From assembly GCA_903856085.1 (NCBI GenBank), contig CAIOAT010000042.1, forward strand, positions 4,947-68,946: a stretch of 64,000 nucleotides of DNA, given 5' to 3'. The notes beneath the pieces were generated by a model. That model made no database searches and had not been told where the DNA came from. It saw only the letters and a program-made list of their open reading frames with translations. Below are positions 20,058 to 33,177 of the stretch, piece after piece; within the stretch, counting starts at the first letter, position 1; each line of letters starts with the position of its first letter. This DNA comes from Candidatus Omnitrophota bacterium. Its GTDB lineage: Bacteria > Omnitrophota > Omnitrophia > Omnitrophales > Aquincolibacteriaceae. A program made the translations under genes and the position numbers.

Positions 20058-22324
20058 TATTGACGCTCCATAATGTTGGGAATCGTTTTTTCGAAAAGGT
20101 TTGTCATCTCCCGGATCGTCAAACGGACCCGGTCTTCTAAAATGAGCACATCCCCGCCCACCTTGCCTATTTCATAAAGTGCAACGCCCTGTTTCTGCGC
20201 CAAATTCCTGATATCTTTTTGATGCTCGGGCTTGACCGAAATCACCACACGCGACTGGCTTTCGCCAAAATAAAGAGCATCTGCACGAAGTCCCTTCTGG
20301 CTCTTCCGAACACCATCAAAATTTTTCATCTCTGCCCCTAGACCGTCACGACTTCTCAAGCAACATTCCGCAACTGCCACGGCAAGCCCTCCTTCAGAAA
20401 GGTCGTGGCAAGAAACTAGTTTTTTTCCGTCCGCGGCGGCAAGAATGAATTGATGCAGTGCTTTTTCCCGCGCGAGGTCAAGACGGGGTGGCAAGCCCTG
20501 CTTCAAGCCGTGTTCGATCATCAAATAATGGCTCCCGCCAAGTTCATTGAACGTTTCACCCGCGAGAAAAATAATATCCCCCTCATTCCGGAATGCCGAC
20601 GGAACACGCTTTTCGATATTTTCCAAAAGACCGACCATGCCGATCGTCGGCGTCGGATAGATGGCGCCTTGCGGGCTCTCGTTGTAAAAGCTAACATTCC
20701 CGCCCGTCACCGGGACCTCAAGTGCTTTGCAGGATTCGATGATGCCGGACACCGCGCTATGGAATTGCCAGAAGATCTCTGGCTTCATGGGATTGCCAAA
20801 ATTAAGGCAGTTCGTCACACCGATCGGCCGAGCACCGGAACAGACAACGTTGCGCGCCGCTTCCGCGACGGCGATCTTCCCGCCTTCGAGAGGATCAAGG
20901 AAAACATAAAGACTATTGCAATCGGTTGAAACCGCTATCCCCTTCTGTGTTCCCTTGATGCGGATAAGCGCCGCATCGTGCCCCGGATAAAAAACCGTGT
21001 CGGTACGGACCATGTGGTCGTACTGCTGCCAGACCCAAGCCTTGGAAGCGATGGAAGGATGTGCGAGCAATCGCTTGAGCACAGCACTGAAATCTTGGGG
21101 CTCGGAAACTGCGGCCAGATCCAGTTTCTGTGCTTCGACAAGATAGGCTGGTTTTTCTTCTTCGCGCGTATAGACCGGCCCGTCATCGGCCAGAGCCTTC
21201 GCCGGGATCTCCGCGGCCATTTTCCCACCATCGAGCACACGATATTTGTCACCCCGGGTCACTTCACCAATCTTCACGGCATGGAGATCCCATTTTTTAA
21301 AAATATCCTCAACTTCTTTTTCTTTTCCTTTTTTGACAATGACCAGCATGCGCTCCTGTGATTCTGAGAGCAAGGTTTCATACGGAGTCATTCCGGGCTC
21401 GCGACGCGGCACTTTGGCGAGGTCGATCTCGACCCCGGTGCTCGCGCGGGAAGCAGTTTCGCAACCGGCACAGGTCAGACCCGCAGCGCCCATATCCTGC
21501 ATCCCCACCAGCGCGTCGGTCTTGAGAAGCTCCAGGCACGCTTCCATCAAAAGTTTTTCCATGAAGGGATCCCCCACTTGCACGGCCGGACGATCCTCAT
21601 GACTTTGTTCCGAAAGTTCTTTGGAAGCGAATGCCGCACCGCCAAGTCCGTCACGGCCGGTCGTGGCCCCCACGTAATAAACCGGATTGCCGATGCCGTG
21701 CGCCGCGCCGCGCACGATCTCATCTTTTTTGATGATCCCAAGCGCCATCGCATTCACCAGAGGATTTCCTTCGTAGGATGCGTCAAAATAGATGTCGCCG
21801 CCGATCGTCGGAATACCCATGCAATTACCATAGTGTGCGATCCCGGCGACCACTCCGCGAAAAAGCCGCTGACTCACCGGCTGCGCGAGATCCCCGAACC
21901 GGAGAGAATTCATAAGAAGGATCGGCCGCGCACCCATCGTAAAAATATCCCGGAGAATACCGCCCACGCCCGTGGCGGCACCCTGGAATGGCTCGATCGC
22001 CGAAGGATGGTTATGACTTTCGATCTTGAAACACACCGCAAAACCGTCCCCGATATCCACGATGCCGGCATTCTCCTGCCCCGGCTTCACGAGCAAGTGC
22101 TCCTGACGCGGAAGTTCCGCATTCATTTTAGAAAAAAGTCTGAGGATGGACTTGGAATTCTTATAAGAGCAATGTTCACTCCACATCACACTGAACATTC
22201 CGAGTTCCGTGATATTGGGATCGCGTCCGAGAATATCCCGGATATGCTGATACTCTGCCGGGGTGATCCCGTGGGCCGCGATCAATTCCGAAGTGATGGG
22301 TGTAGTCGAATCCAATGCCGGCAT
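20057..22324 (-). CDS. purL: phosphoribosylformylglycinamidine synthase subunit PurL
   Basis: 755-aa PurL-type FGAM synthase II (duplicated PurM-like domains). Confidence 0.9.
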   Translation of the reverse strand: MPALDSTTPITSELIAAHGITPAEYQHIRDILGRDPNITELGMFSVMWSEHCSYKNSKSILRLFSKMNAELPRQEHLLVKPGQENAGIVDIGDGFAVCFKIESHNHPSAIEPFQGAATGVGGILRDIFTMGARPILLMNSLRFGDLAQPVSQRLFRGVVAGIAHYGNCMGIPTIGGDIYFDASYEGNPLVNAMALGIIKKDEIVRGAAHGIGNPVYYVGATTGRDGLGGAAFASKELSEQSHEDRPAVQVGDPFMEKLLMEACLELLKTDALVGMQDMGAAGLTCAGCETASRASTGVEIDLAKVPRREPGMTPYETLLSESQERMLVIVKKGKEKEVEDIFKKWDLHAVKIGEVTRGDKYRVLDGGKMAAEIPAKALADDGPVYTREEEKPAYLVEAQKLDLAAVSEPQDFSAVLKRLLAHPSIASKAWVWQQYDHMVRTDTVFYPGHDAALIRIKGTQKGIAVSTDCNSLYVFLDPLEGGKIAVAEAARNVVCSGARPIGVTNCLNFGNPMKPEIFWQFHSAVSGIIESCKALEVPVTGGNVSFYNESPQGAIYPTPTIGMVGLLENIEKRVPSAFRNEGDIIFLAGETFNELGGSHYLMIEHGLKQGLPPRLDLAREKALHQFILAAADGKKLVSCHDLSEGGLAVAVAECCLRSRDGLGAEMKNFDGVRKSQKGLRADALYFGESQSRVVISVKPEHQKDIRNLAQKQGVALYEIGKVGGDVLILEDRVRLTIREMTNLFEKTIPNIMERQ

Positions 22325-22327
22325 ATT

Positions 22328-23017
22328 TTATTCCAGTGCGTTTAAAATGCTTTCGAAGATCTTGCGTCCGTCCGAAGAACCGAGGATATCCTCACTCGAC
22401 CGCTCCGGATGCGGCATCATACCCAAGACATTCTTCTTCTTGTTTACGATGCCCGCGATATGGTCCTTGGAACCGTTCGGATTAAACTCGTCCGCGAGCT
22501 TTCCTTCTTCAGACGAATAACGAAATACAACCTGGGAGTGGTCATGCAAAGATTTCAGCGTATCATCATCACAATAATAATTCCCTTCGCCATGTGCGAT
22601 AGGGACACAAAGCGTCTCTCCCGGATCCATCTGACCGGTGAAGATCGTCAGATTCTCTTCTGTGCGGATCCAAGTAGACTTGCAAATAAATTCCAGTGTC
22701 TTATTCCTGAGCATCGCGCCCGGCAAAAGCCCGGCTTCCAGAAGAATCTGAAATCCGTTGCAAATCCCGATCACCGTACGGCCATCGTTGGCGTGTTTGA
22801 TCACGGATGCCATGACCGGCGAAAAACGCGCAATAGCTCCCGTTCTAAGATAATCCCCGTAACTGAACCCGCCTGGGATCACCACCAGATCAACCTTAGG
22901 AAGATTTCGTTCCTTGTGCCAAACGTATTCCACCGGCACTTTGACGACGTCTTTAAGGGCGTGAAAACAATCCGTGTCGCAATTCGAACCCGGAAACACA
23001 ATAACCGCGGCTTTCAT
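22328..23017 (-). CDS. purQ: phosphoribosylformylglycinamidine synthase glutaminase subunit PurQ
   Basis: [14 protein letters not shown]... class-I glutamine amidotransferase; ATG 23017 with GAGGAAG SD. Confidence 0.9.
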   Translation of the reverse strand: MKAAVIVFPGSNCDTDCFHALKDVVKVPVEYVWHKERNLPKVDLVVIPGGFSYGDYLRTGAIARFSPVMASVIKHANDGRTVIGICNGFQILLEAGLLPGAMLRNKTLEFICKSTWIRTEENLTIFTGQMDPGETLCVPIAHGEGNYYCDDDTLKSLHDHSQVVFRYSSEEGKLADEFNPNGSKDHIAGIVNKKKNVLGMMPHPERSSEDILGSSDGRKIFESILNALE

Positions 23018-23154
23018 GAACTTCCTCTTCAGAGAACGTTGACCGGGAAACACAGAACGTCAAAAATCTTTCGTTCCCCGCTCCACGCTTCCCGGTATTT
23101 TAATTAGGATGGCAACTTTAGTTTTTTATGATCAGAATGAACAAAGTAACAAAG

Positions 23155-23409
23155 CTAAGACACTTCCTGAATTTCGAACGAATATTCTTCGATTACAGGA
23201 TTATGAAGCAGTTTATCACACATGACGTGAATGCATTCTTCCGCCTTCGCACGATCATCCGCTTCCAGTGCCAGCTCGAAATACTTCCCGATTCTCAGAC
23301 TCTTTGCTTCCTTGAACCCCATCGACTCAAGCGCATGAAGTGTCGTCTGCCCCTGCGGATCCAAGACCGATTTTTTCAAACTTGTATGAATTGTCGCTTT
23401 AAATTTCAT
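23155..23409 (-). CDS. purS: phosphoribosylformylglycinamidine synthase subunit PurS
   Basis: 84-aa PurS fold (MKFKATIHTSLKKSVLDPQGQT). Confidence 0.85.
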   Translation of the reverse strand: MKFKATIHTSLKKSVLDPQGQTTLHALESMGFKEAKSLRIGKYFELALEADDRAKAEECIHVMCDKLLHNPVIEEYSFEIQEVS

Positions 23410-23417
23410 ATTCTCTC

Positions 23418-24344
23418 CTACTTCTGGCTTCGGATATCTTTCCCGGATAAACGTTGATAGATTTCACAATAGGCCTCGGTGGTTTTTTCAATGATATCGC
23501 CCGGAAGTTCCGGCGCAGGCGGACGCTTGTCCCACGCGAGTGTCTCAAGATAATTCCGCACGATCTGTTTATCGAAACTCGGCTGATCATGACCGGTCTC
23601 ATACCGGTCCGCCGGCCAGAAACGCGAACTGTCCGGCGTCAGGATCTCGTCAATCAACATCATCTTCCCGTCATGGATGCCGAATTCGAATTTTGTATCC
23701 GCGATGATGATCCCGCGTGAGGCCGCGTATTCCTGGCCCTTTTTGTAAAGAAGGATGGACAGTTCCTTCGCCTGCTGGGCGATGTCCTTCCCCACAATCC
23801 GGATCGCTTCGCTAAAATCGATGTTGATATCATGCCCAGTCTTCGCCTTCGTGGACGGCGTAAAGATCGGCTCCGGAAATTTCTGGCACTGTTTCATCCC
23901 GGGCAAAAGCGTGTGCCCGCAGACACCTCCAGTCTTAAGATAATCCTTCCAACCCGAACCGGTGATGTAACCTCGCACCACGCATTCGATCGCAAGCGGC
24001 TCGGCACGTTTCACAAGCACCGAACGTCCCATCAGTTCATGACGAAAGTTAGCGACCAATTCCTTCGGTAAACCCATCGCATCCACATCCGCGGTGATCA
24101 AATGCTGCGGAAGAATATCCTTAAAATGCTCGAGCCAGAAAAGGGTGATCTGATTGAGGACTTTCCCCTTCATCGGGATCGGGTCCGGCAGCACCACGTC
24201 AAAAGCACTGAGCCGATCGGTCGTCACGATCAAAAGTTTATCGGCGCCCACGCCATAGATGTCTCTCACCTTACCGACCGCAACGCGCGGTAGCGGCAGA
24301 TGCGTTTCCAGAATCGCATCATTTCGATCAAGATCACTGACCAT
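23418..24344 (-). CDS. purC: phosphoribosylaminoimidazole-succinocarboxamide synthase (long form)
   Basis: GKVRDIY...DRLSAFD SAICAR synthetase motifs. Confidence 0.9.
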   Translation of the reverse strand: MVSDLDRNDAILETHLPLPRVAVGKVRDIYGVGADKLLIVTTDRLSAFDVVLPDPIPMKGKVLNQITLFWLEHFKDILPQHLITADVDAMGLPKELVANFRHELMGRSVLVKRAEPLAIECVVRGYITGSGWKDYLKTGGVCGHTLLPGMKQCQKFPEPIFTPSTKAKTGHDINIDFSEAIRIVGKDIAQQAKELSILLYKKGQEYAASRGIIIADTKFEFGIHDGKMMLIDEILTPDSSRFWPADRYETGHDQPSFDKQIVRNYLETLAWDKRPPAPELPGDIIEKTTEAYCEIYQRLSGKDIRSQK

Positions 24345-24355
24345 GTTTTTCTTCC

Positions 24356-25666
24356 TTATTTTGGAGATGACAGGATCCCCGTGCGTTTCAGAATGACCGA
24401 CACATTCTTCAGGTGTCTGTCATAGCTGAAGACCGCGCGTATCTCTTGGGGCGTCAGGACTTTCAAGATCTTCTCGTCTTTTAAAACGACTTGCTCCAAA
24501 TAAAGCTTTTCATCTTCCCAAAGCTTCTTGGCCGCATCCTGCACAAGCTTGTAGCCATCTTCGCGCGTCAGACCCTTTTTGACGAGTTCGAGAAGCAGGC
24601 TTTGGGAGAACACCATCCCTCGGCTCGACTCCAGATTCTTGAGCATCCGGTCTTTATTGACCACAAGGTTCTCGATTACGTTCTGCATAAGCCCGAGCAT
24701 ATAATCAAGGAGAATCGTGCTATCAGGGAAAATGACGCGCTCCACGGAGGAATGCGTGATGTCCCGCTCATGCCAGAGAGCGATATTCTCAAAACCCGCA
24801 AGCGCATTTCCACGAAGGATGCGAGAAAGTCCCGCCACGCGTTCGCACGTGATCGGATTGCGCTTGTGTGGCATGGCCGAAGAACCTTTTTGCCCTTTTG
24901 AAAAAAATTCCTGGACTTCAAAAGTCTCGGTCTTCTGAAGACCGCGAATCTCGGTCGCGAGTTGCTCAAGCGTTCCCCCGACGATCGCGATCACTCCGAG
25001 ATATTCCGCGTGACGGTCACGCTGAAGGACCTGTGTGGAGACCGGCGCCGGGTTCAATCCAAGCTTTTTACAAACAAATTCCTCGACCTTGGGATCCACA
25101 TTCGCAAAAGTCCCGACCGCGCCGGAAATCTTGCCATAGCGGAGATTTTCTTTGGCCGCTTCAAAACGCACGAGCCCGCGCGTACATGCGGCATGAAAAA
25201 GCGCCATCTTGAGCCCAAACGTGATGGGTTCGGCATGAACCCCGTGCGAGCGGCCCACCATCAGAGTCTGAGCATGTTCTTTAGCTTTTTTGCCGAGCAG
25301 GAAAATAAGTTTTTTCAGTTCACGGATAAGAATATCCGAGGCTTCCTGAACCTGAAGCGAAAGCCCGGTATCCAGAATATCGGAGGAGGTCAGACCAAAG
25401 TGGACATAGCGGCCCACAGGACCGACGTTCTCGGAAAGATTGGTAAGAAAGGCAATGACGTCGTGATTGACGATCTTTTCGATCTCTTTAACGCGCTCCA
25501 CGTCGAATTTCGCCCGGGAACGGACTCTGGCGGGAACATCTTTTGGAATGTAGCCGTAACGTGCAAGCCCCTCCAGCGCGGCCAGTTCCACCTCAAGCCA
25601 CTTTTGAAGCTTGTTCTCTTCAGTCCATATCTTCGCCATTTCCTGGCGCGTATAACGAGAGATCAT
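24356..25666 (-). CDS. purB: adenylosuccinate lyase
   Basis: Fumarase/ASL superfamily; SSAMPHKRNP signature. Confidence 0.9.
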   Translation of the reverse strand: MISRYTRQEMAKIWTEENKLQKWLEVELAALEGLARYGYIPKDVPARVRSRAKFDVERVKEIEKIVNHDVIAFLTNLSENVGPVGRYVHFGLTSSDILDTGLSLQVQEASDILIRELKKLIFLLGKKAKEHAQTLMVGRSHGVHAEPITFGLKMALFHAACTRGLVRFEAAKENLRYGKISGAVGTFANVDPKVEEFVCKKLGLNPAPVSTQVLQRDRHAEYLGVIAIVGGTLEQLATEIRGLQKTETFEVQEFFSKGQKGSSAMPHKRNPITCERVAGLSRILRGNALAGFENIALWHERDITHSSVERVIFPDSTILLDYMLGLMQNVIENLVVNKDRMLKNLESSRGMVFSQSLLLELVKKGLTREDGYKLVQDAAKKLWEDEKLYLEQVVLKDEKILKVLTPQEIRAVFSYDRHLKNVSVILKRTGILSSPK

Positions 25667-25698
25667 CTTGTATCCGCCTTCCTTATGGCTAAAACCAC

Positions 25699-25776
25699 TG
25701 GTAGCGCTAACGGGATTTAAACCCGTGTTTCTGCCTTGAGAGGGCAGCGTCCTAGATCAGGCTAGACGATAGCGCC
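25699..25776 (-). tRNA. tRNA-Glu (anticodon CUC), CCA encoded, atypical D/T loops
   Basis: GGCGCTA-TC-GTCT-AGCCTGATCTA-GGAC-G-CTGCC-CTCTCAA-GGCAG-AAAC-ACGGG-TTTAAAT-CCCGT-TAGCGCT-A-CCA; D-arm as in E. coli tRNA-Glu; A19/U56 replaces G19/C56. Confidence 0.75.
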
Positions 25777-25985
25777 CTGATGGATCTATTAATTTTCCCA
25801 ATGGTCCATTAGGGCTGCACTGGTTTCCCAATTCATTTCTTGATGGAAAGCCAGGCGGGGAGAATGAAACGTCTAAGAACAAACTCAGTATAACTTTGCC
25901 CCTATAGAATGTCAACGCCCACCAGCCCCAACTTCATTGAAATTGAATAAAAGCCGGAGCCTTCGAATGACTTGGAAGACTCCCT

Positions 25986-26264
25986 TTAAAATTTTCTATC
26001 TACTTTATCCTTCAAGTCATAGACGGATTTTTCAAGCATCTTCACGCGTTCCGACATGAACCGGTTCGCCTGCTCCAAATCCGCGACGCGGCGTTCCAAA
26101 GTATCCGCCCGATCCTGCTTGAGGGTCTTCTCCATATCGGAGAATTCCTCCGGAGTCCCGCTCATCCCTGTTGCCGCGGCCTCACTCTCCTCTGCCCAGC
26201 AGACAGGCAGAGCGATTGAAAGAAACAACATTCCCAAAATTGAAACTGCCACGAGTTTTTTCAT
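25986..26264 (-). CDS. small secreted coiled-coil protein, hypothetical
   Basis: ATG 26264 with GAGGTG SD; signal peptide then a heptad-rich segment. Confidence 0.4.
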   Translation of the reverse strand: MKKLVAVSILGMLFLSIALPVCWAEESEAAATGMSGTPEEFSDMEKTLKQDRADTLERRVADLEQANRFMSERVKMLEKSVYDLKDKVDRKF

Positions 26265-26401
26265 AGGAGTCACCTCGGTCGGGAGTATACCATATCTTCG
26301 GAGAACGCAAAACGGGAAACGCTACATGTAGTACAGCCTAAGTCGCACTGTGTACGGCAGCACAAGCCACAGGATTAAATCATTTTTTTATGCCGTACGC
26401 C

Positions 26402-27346
26402 TTACCCTCTGGGGTGGAATTTCGCGTGGACGGACTTGAGGCGATTCCCGGACACATGCGTGTAGATCTGTGTCGTGGAAATATCGGCGTGGCCGAGGAG
26501 TTCCTGCACGACACGCAGATCCGCGCCGCGTTCTAGGAGATGAGTCGCGAAAGAATGACGAAAGGTGTGAGGCGTGATGGTTTTGGTGATACCGGCAAGG
26601 AGCGCGTATTTCTTGATCATTTGCCAAACGTATTGACGTGTCAGCCCTCCTCCATTCCTTCCGAGAAAAAAATGATTCGTCTTGGGCTTCATCTTGGGCC
26701 GGATACGCGTCAAATAGTCCCGGCAGGCTGTGACCGCCACACCGCCGAGCGGCACAAGCCGTTCCTTATCCCCCTTACCGCGACACTTGATGAATTTATT
26801 ATCCAAATATACATGCTCCACGCTAATCTCCGTGATCTCGGAAACCCGCATTCCCGTCGCATAAAGGCACTCCAAAAGCGCCAGGTCGCGTATCCCCCCG
26901 GGCTTTTTACCGTCCGGCATCTTGAGAAGAGAATCCATCTCCTGCGAGGTCAAAAAATGCGGCAACTTTTTCCAAAGCTTCGGCGACTCCAGAACACTGG
27001 TAATATCGTTTTGGACATACCGCTCTTTGGTGAGAAAACGATGGAAAAGCTTGACCGAGACAAGCCCTCGCGCGATCGAGGAAGATTCGAGCCCCCGTTT
27101 ACTTTCCGCGTTCAGATATTTCAGGATATGCGTCCGTGAGACTTTGCTCCAATCCAAGACCTTTTCTTTTTTGAGGAACGTGTCATAGCGCGTAAGATCC
27201 TGACGGTAGGCATCGAGAGTGTTCTGCGCCAGCCCCTTTTCGACGGAAAGATAATTCAGGAACTCTTCAAAGAGGATCCGGCTCTTGTCCTTGGGTTTTT
27301 CCGGAGTGGTCGGCGGTGTTTCCATGGTTAGATTATCGGCCATCAC
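26402..27346 (-). CDS. xerD: tyrosine site-specific recombinase XerC/XerD
   Basis: HTFRHSFATHLLERGADLRVVQELLGHADISTTQIYTHV C-terminal catalytic signature. Confidence 0.85.
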   Translation of the reverse strand: MMADNLTMETPPTTPEKPKDKSRILFEEFLNYLSVEKGLAQNTLDAYRQDLTRYDTFLKKEKVLDWSKVSRTHILKYLNAESKRGLESSSIARGLVSVKLFHRFLTKERYVQNDITSVLESPKLWKKLPHFLTSQEMDSLLKMPDGKKPGGIRDLALLECLYATGMRVSEITEISVEHVYLDNKFIKCRGKGDKERLVPLGGVAVTACRDYLTRIRPKMKPKTNHFFLGRNGGGLTRQYVWQMIKKYALLAGITKTITPHTFRHSFATHLLERGADLRVVQELLGHADISTTQIYTHVSGNRLKSVHAKFHPRG

Positions 27347-27401
27347 GATGCGGGACTAGAGATTGGGAGCCCTTGGGCGACCCTCCGGTTCGTCTAAAAA
27401 T

Positions 27402-28127
27402 CTATTTATGGCCGATCTTTGCGAGCTCTTTTTTGAAATACATCTCGGCGCTCTTGATGTACTGAGCTTCCGGAATGATCGGTTTTCCCAGCTCTTCCTG
27501 TAATTCGGCGGAGATCTTTCCATGCTTCACAACCTCCCCGCCCGCCTTTCGCAGTAAGGATTTGTAATGCCGGAGCGGAAACCACAACATAAAAGATTTC
27601 TCCGAAAGGATCGCCCCGCCGCCACGGTAGATCTCGGCAATAAGTTCCGTGCTCATATTCCGGGCAATGCGTTTGAAGAGCAGTTTCAGAACCTGAAAGT
27701 GACTTTGTTCCGGAAAGCCACAGTTCGAGATCACCATGATCTTCGGGACTTTCGACGTGATCTTGTGCCGGCATTCGCCTCCTGCATCCTTTTCAAAGTA
27801 AGGATCTGCGACCGGGATCATCCTGTCCATGAAATTCTTCGTGATCCCTGACACGTTATCCACATAAACCGGTGTCGCAAAAACCACGATGTCAGAAGCG
27901 TACATTATGGGAAGCAACTCCGCCATGTCATCCTGAATGGCGCACTTGCCGGGTGTCTTGAGCCAACAGGTATAGCATCCCACACAGGGATGGATCTTTT
28001 TGTGCGTAAGAAAGACGGTTTCCGCCTCCGCACCCGAGGCCCGTGCTCCTTCCAGGAACGCCTCCACCATGATGTTCGTATTTCCCTTTTCCGCCCGCGG
28101 ACTTCCGTTAAATACTGTGATTTTCAT
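27402..28127 (-). CDS. iron-sulfur flavoprotein (Isf-like, flavodoxin-fold NAD(P)H-dependent FMN reductase family)
   Basis: MKITVFNGSPR flavodoxin-like start; compact cluster motif C-x2-C-x2-C-x7-C (HPCVGCYTCWLKTPGKC). Confidence 0.6.
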   Translation of the reverse strand: MKITVFNGSPRAEKGNTNIMVEAFLEGARASGAEAETVFLTHKKIHPCVGCYTCWLKTPGKCAIQDDMAELLPIMYASDIVVFATPVYVDNVSGITKNFMDRMIPVADPYFEKDAGGECRHKITSKVPKIMVISNCGFPEQSHFQVLKLLFKRIARNMSTELIAEIYRGGGAILSEKSFMLWFPLRHYKSLLRKAGGEVVKHGKISAELQEELGKPIIPEAQYIKSAEMYFKKELAKIGHK

Positions 28128-28705
28128 AAAGATCCGCAAGAAGCTGCGGAGATCCTCTTAATCATCCGTGCCGGATTTCCGGCGACAACAACGCGTGCCG
28201 GGACATCTTTCGTCACAACCGCACCAGCACCAATGACACTTCCTTCTCCAATCGTCACACCAGGGCAGAGGACTGCCGAACCTCCGATCCAAACATTATT
28301 CTGAATCGTAATGGGTTCCCCCGATTCAAGACCCTGGTTCCTCTCTTCAGCATGCAAGGGATGGGTTGCTGTGTAGATTTGAACATTCGGCCCCAGAAAA
28401 ATGTTGGAGCCTAACGTCACCCTAGCAACATCGAGGATCGTGCAGCCGAAATTCAGATAAACGTTATCACCCAAAAAGATATTCTTCCCATAATCGCAAT
28501 GGAAGGGCGGCTGAAGCCAGAGGTTCTTCCCCACCTGACCGAACAATTCAGCGCAAAGACTAAGGCGCATGTCCAAACCCCTCAGCTCAGCCGTCGTGAC
28601 ATTGATCCTGTCGGCCAACTCTCGCGCGGTCTTCCTCATCTGCATCAATTCGGAATCCAGCGCGTTATAAAGTTCCCCCGCAACCATCTTTTCGTATTCA
28701 CGCAT
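28124..28705 (-). CDS. sugar O-acetyltransferase (maltose/galactoside acetyltransferase-like, left-handed beta-helix)
   Basis: Hexapeptide repeats ...NVWIGGSAVLCPGVTIGEGSVIGAGAVV...; ATG 28705 verified. Confidence 0.75.
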   Translation of the reverse strand: MREYEKMVAGELYNALDSELMQMRKTARELADRINVTTAELRGLDMRLSLCAELFGQVGKNLWLQPPFHCDYGKNIFLGDNVYLNFGCTILDVARVTLGSNIFLGPNVQIYTATHPLHAEERNQGLESGEPITIQNNVWIGGSAVLCPGVTIGEGSVIGAGAVVTKDVPARVVVAGNPARMIKRISAASCGSL

Positions 28706-28718
28706 CGTAGACCACCCT

Positions 28719-31456
<2,738 letters not shown>

Positions 31457-31458
31457 GG

Positions 31459-31737
31459 TCAATAGCTGATGGAAAACCGGTTAAAACAATTTTCGGATTC
31501 CGACCAGTGGGCTTCCGCATCGCGGATATAATCCTTCATGCCGGACTCGCGGAGGGCCGTCAGAAACTCGACAAGCTTCGCCTCGCTCCCTTCGGCGACC
31601 ACCTCCACGCGGCCGTCCTCAAGATTACGGACAAATCCCGTCACCGGAAAGCGCCGGGCAAGCCGCTCGGCCGTAAAACGAAAACCCACGCCCTGCACTG
31701 TTCCGCTAAAAAAAATCTGCATTCGTTTCTCGCTCAT
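31459..31737 (-). CDS. acyP: acylphosphatase
   Basis: MQIFFSGTVQGVGFRFT...GFVRNLEDGRVEV acylphosphatase signature; ATG 31737 verified; ATGA overlap with the upstream gene; ORF-track extension rejected. Confidence 0.8.
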   Translation of the reverse strand: MSEKRMQIFFSGTVQGVGFRFTAERLARRFPVTGFVRNLEDGRVEVVAEGSEAKLVEFLTALRESGMKDYIRDAEAHWSESENCFNRFSISY

Positions 31738-32270
31738 GACACTGCCGCTTTCGTTTTGAGACAGTGGCGGAAATGATACGCGACCACGCCAAACGCGACG
31801 GCCACGTTCAGGGAATTTTTCAACCCCGCCATTTCGATCTCGAGGGTCTTGTCGCAAAGAGAGATCAGCTCCTCGGAAACTCCGGAGACTTCGTTCCCGA
31901 TCACCAGACACACGGGCTGAGCAGGCCGGAAATCCTGGAAAGGAATACTTTCAGCAAGTTGCTCGAGGAAAACGATCTGATAACCCAGGGTTTTAAGTTC
32001 CCGTAACACCTCGCGGGCATCCATGCGATATTCCCAGGGAACTTTTTTCTCGGCACCAAGGGCGGTCTTGGAGATCTGTGTATCAGGAGGATAACCGGTA
32101 ATCCCGCAGATCCAAAGTTTTTCAACCCCCACGCCATCCGCGGTCCTGAAGATGGAACCGACATTGTAGAGACTTCGAATATTGTTGAGAACCACGCAGA
32201 ATGGGAGCTTTGGATCTTCTTGTCGCTCTTGCTGGCGAGCCACAAGTTCCGGATGGCTTAATTTTCTCAC
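31734..32270 (-). CDS. TrmH/SpoU-family RNA 2'-O-methyltransferase (SPOUT)
   Basis: LVIGNEVSGVSEELI...LNVAVAFGVVAYH SPOUT knot motifs. Confidence 0.75.
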   Translation of the reverse strand: MRKLSHPELVARQQERQEDPKLPFCVVLNNIRSLYNVGSIFRTADGVGVEKLWICGITGYPPDTQISKTALGAEKKVPWEYRMDAREVLRELKTLGYQIVFLEQLAESIPFQDFRPAQPVCLVIGNEVSGVSEELISLCDKTLEIEMAGLKNSLNVAVAFGVVAYHFRHCLKTKAAVS

Positions 32271-32272
32271 AG

Positions 32273-33040
32273 TCAGGTCGCCGACGTTTTTTTATCCCAA
32301 GCGAGATAACGCCGGTAACCCCAATGGAGAACCGATTCCGGAAGACATCTAAAGAACCACATTACGGCCCTCCACCAGGATGGGACATAAGCGATCCTTT
32401 TCCCTTTCTGGACGGCCTTATAGATATCCTCGGCGGCTCTTTCCGGAGAAATGATCCCAAAAAGCCCTTTGCGGCCGCGCACCATTTCGGTATCCACGAA
32501 ACCGGGACGGATATCTACAACCTTGATGGCCGTATTCGAAAACTTCTGTCGCAGGCCTTCCAAATAATTGAACATGAACGCCTTGGAGGCATTGTAAGCC
32601 GGCGAACGCCCGCTGCCGCGATGCCCCGCCACGGAGGAAATCCCAACGATGCAACCGGAACCTTTTTGCAAAAAATAATCCGCGGCCACATTGGCCATGG
32701 CGGTAAAACCAAGCACGTTCACCTTGATCATGTCTTCTTCGAGGTTCCACTGCAATTTATCGTTATGAAAAAGCACGCCGGCATTAATGATCATCAGATC
32801 CAGATCGCGCAAAGCCATGATCATATTCCGGAGGCCATGGATCGCCTCGCGGGTGTCCCGAACATCGATCTGCCGGACAAGACTTTCCCCCGGAAGCTCC
32901 TTTTGCAAGGCCTGCAATTTTTCAAGCGACCGGCCGGCCAAACCGACGATATAGCCTTCGGCCGACAGTTTCTTGGCTAACGCACGTCCGATCCCGCTAC
33001 TCGACCCGATGATAATGGCTTTTTTCTTGGAGTGATCCAT
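32273..33040 (-). CDS. short-chain dehydrogenase/reductase (SDR) family oxidoreductase
   Basis: AIIIGSSSGIGRALA Rossmann motif; YxxxK context. Confidence 0.8.
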   Translation of the reverse strand: MDHSKKKAIIIGSSSGIGRALAKKLSAEGYIVGLAGRSLEKLQALQKELPGESLVRQIDVRDTREAIHGLRNMIMALRDLDLMIINAGVLFHNDKLQWNLEEDMIKVNVLGFTAMANVAADYFLQKGSGCIVGISSVAGHRGSGRSPAYNASKAFMFNYLEGLRQKFSNTAIKVVDIRPGFVDTEMVRGRKGLFGIISPERAAEDIYKAVQKGKRIAYVPSWWRAVMWFFRCLPESVLHWGYRRYLAWDKKTSAT

Positions 33041-33177
33041 AGGAGATGCATTCTACCTTATATTTGGAAATCCCGAAAATGATTTGGACACAAAAAAGAC
33101 GTTACCCCCTGAGAAGTAACGCCATTTCCCCATACTTTTGCAGCCCGGAACACTTTTAAGAGTCCCGACCGACACCT

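Noticed and set aside
21578-22345. 255-aa plus-strand ORF, with similar ones at 20450..20929 and 20978..21361
   Set aside because: Antisense to purL.
24962-25720. 252-aa plus-strand ORF
   Set aside because: Antisense to purB.
26402-27346. Tyrosine recombinase next to tRNA-Glu as a marker of an integrated element
   Set aside because: The sequence has the XerC/XerD housekeeping signature (LGHADISTTQIYTHV). There are no phage or transposon genes, no direct repeats of the tRNA 3' end, and the neighbours are metabolic.
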